Shown here piece by piece: positions 28,774-37,574 of a stretch of DNA of 64,000 nt. The notes below the pieces were generated by a model. The model was not told the DNA's origin. It did not search any database and was given only the letters and a program-made list of their open reading frames with translations. The position numbers were made by a program, and so were the translations under genes. This DNA comes from an uncultured Leifsonia sp. (GTDB lineage Bacteria; Actinomycetota; Actinomycetes; Actinomycetales; Microbacteriaceae): NCBI RefSeq assembly GCF_963518615.1, contig NZ_CAUQKC010000001.1; one strand, given 5' to 3'. Positions within the stretch are counted from its first letter, which is position 1. Each line of letters opens with the position of its first letter.

Positions 28774-29367
28774 TCAGTCAGCGGGCCAGGCGTTCGCGAT
28801 CGCGGCGCGGACCTCGCCGAGCAGCTGCGGGAGAGCCTTGGTGCGCGCGATGATCGGGAAGAAGTTCGCATCCTGCGCCCAGCGCGGGACGATGTGCTGG
28901 TGCAGGTGGGCGGAGATTCCCGCTCCGGCGACCGCGCCCTGGTTCATGCCGATGTTGAACCCGTCGTTGTTCGACACCTCACGGATGACGCGCATCGCGG
29001 TCTGGGTGATGCTGCCGATCTCGGCGACCTCCTCCGGCGTCGCCTCGTCGTACATCGCGATGTGCCGGTACGGGCACACCAGCAGGTGGCCGCTGTTGTA
29101 CGGGAACAGGTTGAGCAGCGCGTACGCGTGCGTCCCGCGCGCGACGATCAGCGCGTCCTCGTCGCTCATGCTCGGAGCGACGCAGAACGGGCAGTCGTCG
29201 TGACCGGGGTCGCCCTGCTGGATGTAGACCATCCGGTGCGGGGTCCACAGCCGCTGGAACTCGTCCGGCACCCCGACCAGGTACGACGGGTCGTCGACGC
29301 GGACGGGGCCGTCGGTCCCGTCCGCGCCGCCGCCGTCGGCGTAATCGCCGAGACTCAGGCGGGCCAT
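28774..29367 (-). CDS. HIT family protein (Ap4A phosphorylase-like)
   Basis: ATG at 29367, 197 aa. Histidine triad [11 protein letters not shown]. Overlaps the 3' end of thrS by 13 nt. The Mtb thrS-Rv2613c arrangement is analogous. Confidence 0.88.
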   Translation of the reverse strand: MARLSLGDYADGGGADGTDGPVRVDDPSYLVGVPDEFQRLWTPHRMVYIQQGDPGHDDCPFCVAPSMSDEDALIVARGTHAYALLNLFPYNSGHLLVCPYRHIAMYDEATPEEVAEIGSITQTAMRVIREVSNNDGFNIGMNQGAVAGAGISAHLHQHIVPRWAQDANFFPIIARTKALPQLLGEVRAAIANAWPAD

Positions 29368-31322
29368 GCCGTGTCGACCAGCTCGTGGCTCTCGATGCTG
29401 GCGACGATGCGCTCGATGGCCTCGTCCACGGTCACGCCGTTGCGCTGCGTGCCGTCGCGGAAGCGGAAGCTGACCGTGCCCGCCGAGGCGTCCTCCTCGC
29501 CCACGATGAGCTGGAAGGGCACCTTCGCCTTGGTGTGCGTGCGGATCTTCTTCTGCATCCGGTCGTCGGAGTGGTCGACCTCGGCGCGAACGCCGCGGGC
29601 CTTCAGCCGCGCGATCACGTCGTCCAGGAACGGGCCGTAGGCGTCCGCGACCGGGATGCCGACGACCTGCACCGGCGACAGCCACACCGGGAACGCGCCC
29701 GCGTAGTGCTCCAGCAGGATCGCGAAGAACCGCTCGATGGAGCCGAGCAACGCCCGGTGGATCATCGCCGGCTGCTTGCGCGTGCCGTCGGCAGCGTTGT
29801 ACTCCAGTTCGAACAGCTCCGGCTGGTTGAAGTCCAGCTGGACGGTCGAGAGCTGCCACGTGCGGCCGATCGCGTCGCGCGCCTGCACCGAGATCTTCGG
29901 GCCGTAGAACGCGGCCCCGCCCGGGTCGTCCACGAGCTCCAACCCGGACTCGATCGCCACCTCGCGGAGCGTCTCCGTCGCGGTCTCCCAGCTCTCGTCG
30001 CTTCCGACGTACTTGTCCGGGTCCTTGGTGGACAGCTCCAGGTAGAAGTCCGTCAGTCCGTAGCCGCGCAGGGTCTCCAGCACGAACTCCAGCTGCCTGG
30101 CGACCTCGTCCTTGATCTGGTCCTCTGTCACGTAGATGTGGGCGTCGTCCTGCGTGAGCCCGCGCACGCGGGTCAGGCCGGAGAGCGTCCCGGACTTCTC
30201 GTAGCGGTAGACCGTGCCGAACTCGGCCAGCCGGAGCGGCAGCTCACGGTAGCTGCGGCCGCGCGCCCGGAAGATGAGGTTGTGCATCGGGCAGTTCATC
30301 GGCTTGAGGTAGTAGTCCTGCCCCTGCCGGGTGATGTTGCCCTCCGCGTCGCGCTCCTCGTCCAGGTGCATGGGCGGGAACATGCCGTCCTTGTACCAGT
30401 TGAGGTGCTGGCTGGTCTCGAAGAGGTGCGCCTTGGTGATGTGCGGCGTGTTGACGACCTCGTAGCCGTTCGCGATCAGCCGATCGCGCATGTAGTCCTC
30501 GATCTCCTTGCGGATGATGCCACCCTTGGGGTGGAACACCGCGAGACCGGAGCCGATCTCGTCCGGGAACGAGAACAGGTCCATCTCGGCGCCGAGCTTG
30601 CGGTGGTCGCGCTTGGCGGCCTCCTCCATGCGGGTCTGGTAGGCGCGCAGCTCGTCCTTGGTCGGCCACGCCGTGCCGTAGATGCGCTGCAGCTGCGGGT
30701 TCTTCTCCGAGCCGCGCCAGTAGGCGGCGGCGACGCGCGTGAGCGCCCAGCCGTTGCCGATCATGCGGGTGTTCGGCAGGTGCGGGCCGCGGCAGAGGTC
30801 CTTCCAGACGGTCTCGCCGGTCTTCGGGTCGACGTTGTCGTAGATGGTCAGCTCGCCGGAGCCGACCTCGACGGACTCGTTGTCGCCGCCGTCGGAGGCG
30901 TGGCCCTTGAGCCCGATGAGCTCGAGCTTGAACGGCTCGTGCGCGAGCTCGGCGCGCGCCTCCTCGTCGGTGACGACCCGGCGCACGAAGCGCTGACCCG
31001 CGCGCACGATGCGCGCCATCTCCTTGTCGAGGGCCTTGAGGTCCTCCGGGGTGAACGCGTCGGCGACGTCGAAGTCGTAGTAGAAGCCGTCCGTGATGGG
31101 CGGCCCGATACCGAGCTTCGCCTCCGGGTTGATCGCCTGCACGGCCTGCGCGAGCACGTGCGCGGTGGAGTGCCGCAGGATGTTGAGGCCGTCGGGCGAG
31201 TCGATGGTCACCGGCTCGACCGTGTCGGTGGTCGTGACGGTCGTCGCGAGATCCTTCAGCTCACCGTTGACGCGCATCGCGACAACGGAACGGTCGGTGA
31301 AGAGCTCGAAGCCGTCGGCCAC
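29355..31322 (-). CDS. thrS: Threonine--tRNA ligase
   Basis: 655 aa. TGS-like N-terminus, editing-domain HSTAH, class II core ([13 protein letters not shown]). GTG start at 31322 preceded by AAGGAG. Confidence 0.97.
   Translation of the reverse strand: MADGFELFTDRSVVAMRVNGELKDLATTVTTTDTVEPVTIDSPDGLNILRHSTAHVLAQAVQAINPEAKLGIGPPITDGFYYDFDVADAFTPEDLKALDKEMARIVRAGQRFVRRVVTDEEARAELAHEPFKLELIGLKGHASDGGDNESVEVGSGELTIYDNVDPKTGETVWKDLCRGPHLPNTRMIGNGWALTRVAAAYWRGSEKNPQLQRIYGTAWPTKDELRAYQTRMEEAAKRDHRKLGAEMDLFSFPDEIGSGLAVFHPKGGIIRKEIEDYMRDRLIANGYEVVNTPHITKAHLFETSQHLNWYKDGMFPPMHLDEERDAEGNITRQGQDYYLKPMNCPMHNLIFRARGRSYRELPLRLAEFGTVYRYEKSGTLSGLTRVRGLTQDDAHIYVTEDQIKDEVARQLEFVLETLRGYGLTDFYLELSTKDPDKYVGSDESWETATETLREVAIESGLELVDDPGGAAFYGPKISVQARDAIGRTWQLSTVQLDFNQPELFELEYNAADGTRKQPAMIHRALLGSIERFFAILLEHYAGAFPVWLSPVQVVGIPVADAYGPFLDDVIARLKARGVRAEVDHSDDRMQKKIRTHTKAKVPFQLIVGEEDASAGTVSFRFRDGTQRNGVTVDEAIERIVASIESHELVDTAWPA
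31228..31318. repeat. Direct repeat copy A (thrS codons 2-32, inside the intact gene)
   Basis: 89/91 identical to 34982-35072. The offset is 3754 bp. Confidence 0.95.
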
Positions 31323-31434
31323 CTGTCCACTCCTTGTGTCGTTGGGAAAAGGGATGGCACAAGCCTAGTGCGCGCGGGAGCGGGCTCGGAGACATCCGCC
31401 CTCCCGCTGCTACGCTCGCGCCAGGGGGGTCGAT

Positions 31435-31884
31435 ATGAGGGGGTACATCGCCGCGCTGGTCGCGGCACCGCTCGCGGTGCTGGTCGCGGTCACGGTCACG
31501 GGATGCGTCGCGCCGCCCCCGCCGTTCGACGGCGAGCGGCATGCACGGGACGAGCTGCCGTCCGCCGTGGCCGACGTCATCGAGGATGCCGACCTGTCGA
31601 CGTCGCGGTATCAGGGCGAGGCAGCAGGACGCTCGCTGTACCTCGTGCGCGGCACGGGCTCGTACCAGATCTGCCTCGCCTTCTCGGACGGCAGCGCGGA
31701 GGGTGTCGGCGCCTCCTGCAGCGGTGGGGACTGGCTGCGCGTCACGCTCGACGACGGGGCCGCGTTCGAGGTCCGGCTGACCGGCTTCCCGGAGACCCCG
31801 CGGCCGGGGGAACACGACATCTCCCGATGGCTGCGACAGGTGGACGCGCGGCCGGAGCCGGGAGACGGCGAGAACGACTCGTGA
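31435..31884 (+). CDS. Putative lipoprotein
   Basis: 149 aa. Signal peptide with lipobox (LVAVTVTGC). No recognisable domain. Confidence 0.65.
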   Translation: MRGYIAALVAAPLAVLVAVTVTGCVAPPPPFDGERHARDELPSAVADVIEDADLSTSRYQGEAAGRSLYLVRGTGSYQICLAFSDGSAEGVGASCSGGDWLRVTLDDGAAFEVRLTGFPETPRPGEHDISRWLRQVDARPEPGDGENDS

Positions 31885-31900
31885 ACACGAACAGAGGGGA

Positions 31901-32806
31901 ATGACGATGGGACTCTTCCGACGCCGCGCACAGGAGCCGCAGCCCGAGGACCGCATCGAGTGGGTGACGGCGATCGCGCGGCGGAACCTGGCCGAGCGGG
32001 GCATCGAGACGACGATCGAGCACGCCGGAGAGCCTGAGGACGTCACTCTCGTGGCCGCCGACGGACAGCGGTACCCGCTCTTCAACGCGTTCGCGAAGAC
32101 GCACGGAGCGACCGCCGACCAGGCGGTGCAGATCGTGGCCGAGCACATCGGCAACCTCATCGACGCCCGGAGCACCCCGGCCATCGATCGGCTGTCGGCC
32201 GACGAGCTCCGCGGCCAGGTGCGCACCCGCATCCTCCCCGGCGGCGAGGGCGCGCCGGGCGAGCCGACGTTCCGCTACGCGCGACGGTTCACCGACGAGC
32301 TCATCCTCGTCCTCTGCATCGACTTCCCGACGACCGTGCAGTTCGTCTCCGACGCCGACGTCGACCGGCTCGCCGTGGGTCTGGACGAGCTGTACGCCTA
32401 CGGTCAGCGCAACACCGACCGCGAGCCCGTCGACCGCCGCTTCGAGCCCGCTCCCGGCATCCAGGTGATCGTCGGCGACTCGATGTTCACCGCGTCCAAG
32501 GCCGCCAACCTCTCCGCCGTGATCGGCGAGGCGCCGCTGGGCGCGCTCATCACGATCCCGCACCGGCACGTGCTCATCGCGCTGCCCGTCACCGGAGCCG
32601 AGACGCTGCCCGCGGTCGAGCAGCTGCTCGAGATCACGATGCAGGTCCTCCGCAGCGGGCCCCCGCCCGGGGGCGTCGTCTCGGCCGACATCCTGTTCTC
32701 CCGTGACGGCGAGGTCAGCCGGGTCTCCTCGATCGACGACGAGGGGATGGTCTCGATCGCCGTCGACGAGCGTCTGCAGAGCGCACTCGAGGAGGCGATC
32801 GGCTGA
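31901..32806 (+). CDS. Hypothetical cytoplasmic protein
   Basis: 301 aa, good high-GC third-position coding pattern. No family recognised by eye. Confidence 0.6.
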   Translation: MTMGLFRRRAQEPQPEDRIEWVTAIARRNLAERGIETTIEHAGEPEDVTLVAADGQRYPLFNAFAKTHGATADQAVQIVAEHIGNLIDARSTPAIDRLSADELRGQVRTRILPGGEGAPGEPTFRYARRFTDELILVLCIDFPTTVQFVSDADVDRLAVGLDELYAYGQRNTDREPVDRRFEPAPGIQVIVGDSMFTASKAANLSAVIGEAPLGALITIPHRHVLIALPVTGAETLPAVEQLLEITMQVLRSGPPPGGVVSADILFSRDGEVSRVSSIDDEGMVSIAVDERLQSALEEAIG

Positions 32807-32840
32807 CCGGATCCGGAGCATCCACGGTCGGGGTTGATGG

Positions 32841-33206
32841 ATGTCGATAGCAGAACGCGAGAGTGTCGCCGCCCGGGATCGGATCCGCTCCCGCCGCCGC
32901 ACGATCGCGGCGAACGTCCTCGTCGCGTGCGCCGTGCTGGTGCTGCTGCTCATGGCGGCCTACGACGCGTTCTTCCTCACCCAGTGGAACGTCGTGGGCC
33001 GGCTCTTCGTGCTCGGTGGCCTCCTCCTGATGGGGTGGATTCCGGTCGCACTGGCCATCGTCGCCGTCTGCCTGCGGCCGTACTGGCCGACCTTCGTCCT
33101 CCTGGGTGTCGTCGGGGCCGCCGTCCTGGCAACGCTGGCGCTCGTCTGGTTCCTGCCGGAAGCGGCGGACACGAACCCGCAGATCTCCTGGCCCCGGCGC
33201 GGATAG
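32841..33206 (+). CDS. Small integral membrane protein (3 predicted TM), paralog of 40541..41010
   Basis: 121 aa. RRRTIAANVLVACAVLVLLLM...GWIPVALAIVAVCLRPYW...LVW...SWPRRG. Aligns along its whole length with the frameshifted copy at 40.5 kb. Confidence 0.65.
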   Translation: MSIAERESVAARDRIRSRRRTIAANVLVACAVLVLLLMAAYDAFFLTQWNVVGRLFVLGGLLLMGWIPVALAIVAVCLRPYWPTFVLLGVVGAAVLATLALVWFLPEAADTNPQISWPRRG

Positions 33207-33236
33207 TCCGCGCGAAGGAGCCGCCTCCGTCGTCCG

Positions 33237-33902
33237 GTGGATGCGCGGCGGCGTCGGCGGCGACAGGCTGGAGCTGTGCGGTGGCGAGCGGTTCTCGGGT
33301 GGATGCCCCTCGGGCTGTTCGCGGCGCTGACCGCCTCCGGTGTGTTGCTCGACTCGGTCGAGACCGGGAACCCGGATGTGCTCCTGGTGGGAACCCTCGA
33401 TGGCATGCAACTCGGCCTGCTGCTGCTCCTGTTCGCCGCGGCGAGCGGCACGATCGCCCTCATCCAGGCGATCGTGCTGGTGGGCCGACTGCGCTGGGCT
33501 CCCGTTCGGGTCCTCGTGCGGCTCATCGCCGGGGTATTGCTCGCGGCCGCCGTCCCCGTCGGCTACGTGCTCCTGATCGCGGCCGCGTTCGCCTCCTCGT
33601 ACGGGTACCGCCCGCTGACCGTCCCCGGCCACACGGTCGTCGTCCGCTCCTTCACCTGGCACCACACCAGCCTCACCATCCTCGAGCAGGACGGGATGCT
33701 GTTTCACCCCGTGATGCTCTGCGGCGGCTCCCTCCCGGTGGACGCGTACAACGCCTTCTCGGCCGGCCAATACGACATCGTCTCCCGCGGGGGCCGCGAC
33801 GTGCTCCGTTTCGCGGAAGGCCCGGTCGGCCCGTACACCGGTGCGGCCGTCCTCGGGACGCGGCCCGGCGAGGACGTCTCGGCGAGTTGCGCGGCACCCT
33901 AA
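33237..33902 (+). CDS. Membrane protein (3 TM) with ~110-aa C-terminal soluble domain
   Basis: 221 aa. The start is uncertain: a GAAGGAG sits 19 nt upstream, and internal GTG or Met starts are possible. Confidence 0.5.
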   Translation: MDARRRRRRQAGAVRWRAVLGWMPLGLFAALTASGVLLDSVETGNPDVLLVGTLDGMQLGLLLLLFAAASGTIALIQAIVLVGRLRWAPVRVLVRLIAGVLLAAAVPVGYVLLIAAAFASSYGYRPLTVPGHTVVVRSFTWHHTSLTILEQDGMLFHPVMLCGGSLPVDAYNAFSAGQYDIVSRGGRDVLRFAEGPVGPYTGAAVLGTRPGEDVSASCAAP

Positions 33903-34148
33903 CTGCAACAACCCCTCGTTTCGATTCCGTCGCCGTCGCTGCCCCCATCGTCTCTGTGCTTCATTCTGGTGTGCTGCAGCTCGACACTGTGCGGTAGTGT
34001 CGGCGGCGGATGACCATTCGAATCGCGATCCTCGCACGCCCCTGACGGCTCAGCTCTCGCGCGTGCGCGCGGCGACGGGCTCGTGACGGCCGGGAGTCTC
34101 CGACTCCCGCGCCCCTCACCGCTTTCGTCGACTCGTCAGGAGCACGCA

Positions 34149-34991
34149 ATGACCCACATCCTCATCACCGGCGCATCCGGCCGTCTGGGCGGCGCCGCCG
34201 TCCGTTCCCTGCTCGCCCTCCATCCCGCCGCGGAACTGCACGCGCTGGTCCGCACGCCAGAAGCCGCCGATCGACTCGTACGGATCGGAGTGGATGCGCG
34301 CATCGCCGACTACGCGGATCCTCTGCGCCTCGCGGAAGCACTCCGCGGCATCGATCGTCTGCTCTTCGTCTCGAGCCCGGTGCTCGATCCGGGCGAGCGG
34401 CTCCGCCAGCATCGCGCTGTCGTCGCCGCCGCGACGTCGCTCGAGCATATCGTCTACACGAGCATCCAGGGCGCCGAGCGCGACCCGGCCCATTCGGCGA
34501 CGGAAGCCGCGCTGCGCGCACGCGGCGGAACGACGATCCTGCGCAACGGGTTCTACACGGAGCCCTTCGTGTCGGCAGCCCTCGAGCAGGCGCGGAACGG
34601 TTCGATCGTGTCGGCCACGGCGTCCCAGCCGCTGGCCACCGCGTCCATCGCCGATCTCGCCGACGCCGCCGCACGGCTGGTCCTAGGCTCGCCCCACGAG
34701 GGGCTGCTGGAGCTGCGTGGGCCGGCGTGGACGTATGCCGAGCTCGCAGCCGTCCTGGGCGGTCTGCTGGAGCGGCCCGTCGACCACCGGGATGTCGCTG
34801 TCGCCGACGCCGGCCCATTCGGGCCGCTGCATGCGGCGGCGGCGGCAGGGCTGCTCGCCCACCAGACGGACGATCTCCGTCTGACGCTCGGTCACGACCC
34901 GCGGCGGATCGGGGAAGTCGCTGCCGAGGTGCTGGCAGACGTCGAGAGTGCCGGGAACGCATCGACGGATGGACCCGAGACGTGGTCGTGA
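34149..34991 (+). CDS. NmrA-family NAD(P)H-binding protein (atypical SDR)
   Basis: ATG at 34149 follows AGGAG. MTHILITGASGRLGGAAV Rossmann motif. 280 aa. The stop codon lies inside repeat copy B. Confidence 0.8.
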   Translation: MTHILITGASGRLGGAAVRSLLALHPAAELHALVRTPEAADRLVRIGVDARIADYADPLRLAEALRGIDRLLFVSSPVLDPGERLRQHRAVVAAATSLEHIVYTSIQGAERDPAHSATEAALRARGGTTILRNGFYTEPFVSAALEQARNGSIVSATASQPLATASIADLADAAARLVLGSPHEGLLELRGPAWTYAELAAVLGGLLERPVDHRDVAVADAGPFGPLHAAAAAGLLAHQTDDLRLTLGHDPRRIGEVAAEVLADVESAGNASTDGPETWS

Positions 34992-35072
34992 CGGTCGTCG
35001 CGAGATCCTTCAGCTCACCATTGACGGGCATCGCGACAACGGAACGGTCGGTGAAGAGCTCGAAGCCGTCGG
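34982..35072. repeat. Direct repeat copy B (orphan thrS 5' fragment)
   Basis: 89/91 identical to 31228-31318. Differences are at 35020 and 35027. Confidence 0.95.
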
Positions 35073-35098
35073 GATGGGACAGCCTAGTGCGCGGCGGG
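34982..35098 (-). pseudogene. thrS 5' remnant (codons 2-32 plus part of the upstream region; SD and start codon deleted)
   Basis: Encodes [31 protein letters not shown]. Relative to the live copy, 32 nt carrying AAGGAG and the GTG are missing. Similarity resumes at 35071-35098 (matching 31351-31378). Confidence 0.85.
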
Positions 35099-35133
35099 GT
35101 CGTGTCGGGCACGGGGGTGGATGCGCGTGCCGC

Positions 35134-35634
35134 TCAGGGCGCGTCGACGGGAATGGCGGGATTGAGGCGATTGAGCGCGGCGAGCATCGGCTCGAACGAT
35201 TGCGTCTGAGTGAACACGACCATCCGACGATGTCCGGGCGCTCGGAGCACGCAGGTCCACGGCGCCCGGAAGAACCGGCCGACGCTCTCGACCGCAGCGA
35301 CGGGGATCTCCCCCCGGCCGAAGGGTGCTCGCCAGCGCAGGACGTCCCCGACGAGCTCGACGCGCGTCGCCAGCCGGAACAACCACCAGTAGAGGTTCCA
35401 GCCCAGGGCGGCGAACATCAGTCCGAGGAAGAACACAGGCGGACCGGGGAGTCCGCGGAGGACGTCGACGAGCACGCTGACGAATCCGAAGGCCAGCACG
35501 CCGCAGACGCCCACGATGAAGACGACCCAGAAGCCGTCGACGGACCACACCGCGTCGGCGGCGACCCGTTGCGCGGCCGTGACCGACGTGTCTCTCCTCC
35601 CCCGCGCTCGCTTCGCTGGGCGCGCGGGCCTCAC
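35134..35634 (-). CDS. Small membrane protein, 2 TM plus possible bacterial PH-like (bPH/DUF304-like) domain
   Basis: GTG at 35634 overlaps the stop of the upstream nuclease gene (GTGA). 166 aa with TM helices FWVVFIVGVCGVLAFGFVSVLV and VFFLGLMFAALGWNLYWWLF, then VLRWRAPFGRGEIPVAAVESV. An alternative GTG start is at 35550. The rest of ORF 35134..37086 is a shadow. Confidence 0.55.
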   Translation of the reverse strand: MRPARPAKRARGRRDTSVTAAQRVAADAVWSVDGFWVVFIVGVCGVLAFGFVSVLVDVLRGLPGPPVFFLGLMFAALGWNLYWWLFRLATRVELVGDVLRWRAPFGRGEIPVAAVESVGRFFRAPWTCVLRAPGHRRMVVFTQTQSFEPMLAALNRLNPAIPVDAP

Positions 35635-37442
35635 GCTTTGCGCCAGCGCAGGCGGCTGTCGGTCGGCGAGGTGCTGCAGACCATCTTGATGCCGGTGCTG
35701 GTGTACCCGATCCAGCCGGCGTAGGCGCTCGCGCAGAACGCCCCCGCGGTGACGGGATCCGGGTAGACGTTCTGAGCGGGTGGCGGCGGCGCGCTCGCGC
35801 AGACCGCGTTGGCCGCGGCGGCGTCGCCGACGACGCCGGGTCCGCCCATCACGACGTGCTTGGTGGCGCCGGTGCCGGCGATCGCGTCGTGCACGCTCGC
35901 GGGGACGCAGTTCGGCTTCGCGCTGAACATCGGCGCGCCGAGCCGGCCGGCGAGCGCGGCTCCGGCGAGCGCGTCCGGGAAGTTGGTGCCGGTGGCGAGG
36001 AACGTGTGCGTCGCGCCCGCGGGGAAGAAGCCCCGGTAGATCACCGCCGAGGTGTCGTAGCGGTCGGCACCCCCGTAGCGGGTGACGCCGTATCCCGCGC
36101 CGCGGAGCTGGTTCAGGATGCCGTCGGAGACCGCCCCTGCACCTCCCGCGATGCCGATGGTCGTGACGCCGAGTCGCGACAGCGTGGCGAGGGTCGTGGA
36201 CGGCACGGACCGGGCCGAGCCGTCGACGAGGATGACCGGCGCGCCGATCGACCCTGCGGCGCCAGTGGCGGTCAACGCGTCCGCGAAACCACGGCCGGTG
36301 GCGATGATCGCGTTCGCGGACTGCGTGAACGCCGTATTCACGATCGTGAGACCGGTGGCGTAGCGGTCGGTCCCTCCCAGGCGCGTGGTGGGTGCGATGG
36401 CGGCCAGCGCTGCGAGCGCCGCGTTCGAGACGGCGCCGGTGCCTCCGACGACGAAGACATGCTCCGGCGCGAGGCGGCGGACCTCGGCGGCAACGTTCGC
36501 GGGGACGCGGTCGGCGGGTGTGAGCAGGAGCGGCCCGCCGAGCAGCGAGGCGGCGGACGCGGCGGCCAGCGCGTCGGGGAAGTTCGCCCCTGTGGCGACG
36601 AACACTGCGGGCACGCCGGGTGCGTACCGCTGGGATGCCGTCAGCGCCGTGGCGTAGCGGTCCGTCCCGTAGACCCGGGTGATCCCGTCGGCGAAGGGAG
36701 CGATCACCGTCTGCGTGGTCGGCGCGGTCGTGGCGATCTGCCGGGCCGGGAGCGTCACGGTGGTGCTGCCGCACGTCCCGGAGAGCTGAGAGGCCAACGC
36801 CGCCCGTTCGGCGGGATCGGCCGTGAGGGACCAGCGGTACTTGACCAGGACCCAGTCGATCGCGTACTCGCAGTCGAACCCGGCCGCCGGCGGCATCCAC
36901 TGCGCCGGGTCCCTGTCGCCCTTGGACTGGTTGACGTTGTCCGTGACGGCGATCAGCGCATACGGCACGTCCAGGTCGTTGGCGTACTGCGTGCGCTGGG
37001 CCGGCGTCCACGACCAGGCCCCGGAGATCCACGCGTCCTTGAGCGGCACCAGGTGGTCGATGTCGACGTCGGACGGGCTCGTCCATGTCTCGCCGTCATA
37101 CGGCGAGAGCCACGAGCCACCGGTCAGCGAGCAGCCGGCGCCGGGTGTGATCGGCGTGGTCGACTCGGCGATGAGGACCTCCGCCCGGGTGTCGCAGCCG
37201 TCTCCGTCGGCGTCGATCCAGAGGGTGAACTGGTCTCGGCTGTAGGTGTGCGACGTGTCGTCGGCGCGCTCGGTCAGCAGGCTCGGCAGCGACGACGCGG
37301 CGACGGTGTCGCCGGGCGCGGCGGCCTGCACGGCGACCGGGGCGGCCGCGGCGACAGAGGCGGCGGCGGGTGTGTTTCCTGCGGTGATGGTCAGGGTGAC
37401 GGCGATGAGGGACAGCATCGCCCGGCGATCGGTAAGGCGCAC
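35631..37442 (-). CDS. Secreted DUF1524 (His-Me finger/HNH-like) nuclease fused to three CWB2 cell-wall-binding repeats and a Cys-rich C-terminal tail
   Basis: 603 aa with a Sec signal peptide. The nuclease module is YSRDQFTLWIDADGDGCDTRAEVL...DIDHLVPLKDAW...VTDNVNQSKGDRDPAQWMPP. Three ~95-aa repeats each start (R/T)xxG(T/A)DRY(A/D)T and carry FPDALA/FADALT. Confidence 0.8.
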   Translation of the reverse strand: MRLTDRRAMLSLIAVTLTITAGNTPAAASVAAAAPVAVQAAAPGDTVAASSLPSLLTERADDTSHTYSRDQFTLWIDADGDGCDTRAEVLIAESTTPITPGAGCSLTGGSWLSPYDGETWTSPSDVDIDHLVPLKDAWISGAWSWTPAQRTQYANDLDVPYALIAVTDNVNQSKGDRDPAQWMPPAAGFDCEYAIDWVLVKYRWSLTADPAERAALASQLSGTCGSTTVTLPARQIATTAPTTQTVIAPFADGITRVYGTDRYATALTASQRYAPGVPAVFVATGANFPDALAAASAASLLGGPLLLTPADRVPANVAAEVRRLAPEHVFVVGGTGAVSNAALAALAAIAPTTRLGGTDRYATGLTIVNTAFTQSANAIIATGRGFADALTATGAAGSIGAPVILVDGSARSVPSTTLATLSRLGVTTIGIAGGAGAVSDGILNQLRGAGYGVTRYGGADRYDTSAVIYRGFFPAGATHTFLATGTNFPDALAGAALAGRLGAPMFSAKPNCVPASVHDAIAGTGATKHVVMGGPGVVGDAAAANAVCASAPPPPAQNVYPDPVTAGAFCASAYAGWIGYTSTGIKMVCSTSPTDSRLRWRKA

Positions 37443-37574
37443 GGGTGTCTCTTTCGGGCTGGAGGGACGTGGAGACTATAACGTGCGTTTGGACCCGCCC
37501 TGCACTCCCCTCTTCGCGGCACTCCCCTCCGCGTGCTGATCGTCATCCGGCGGACCCGCTAGCCTGAGCGCGTG

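Noticed and set aside
29355-29367. The 13-nt overlap between the HIT gene start and the thrS 3' end as evidence of a mis-called start.
   Set aside because: The ATG at 29367 gives a full-length HIT protein, and same-strand short overlaps are the norm throughout this block (aroB/aroK, ruvA/B/C, pdxT/C39-like). I kept it as annotated.
34165-35112. 315-aa minus-strand ORF whose N-terminus contains a ThrS-like peptide.
   Set aside because: Only the first ~32 codons after the pseudo-start are homologous to thrS (the orphan repeat). The remainder is antisense to the NmrA-like gene and is Arg/Pro-rich. I treat it as a gene fragment, not a CDS.
35134-37086. 650-aa minus-strand ORF overlapping the nuclease gene.
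   Set aside because: Only the last ~166 codons look like a real membrane protein. The upstream part is an out-of-frame shadow of the 35631..37442 gene.
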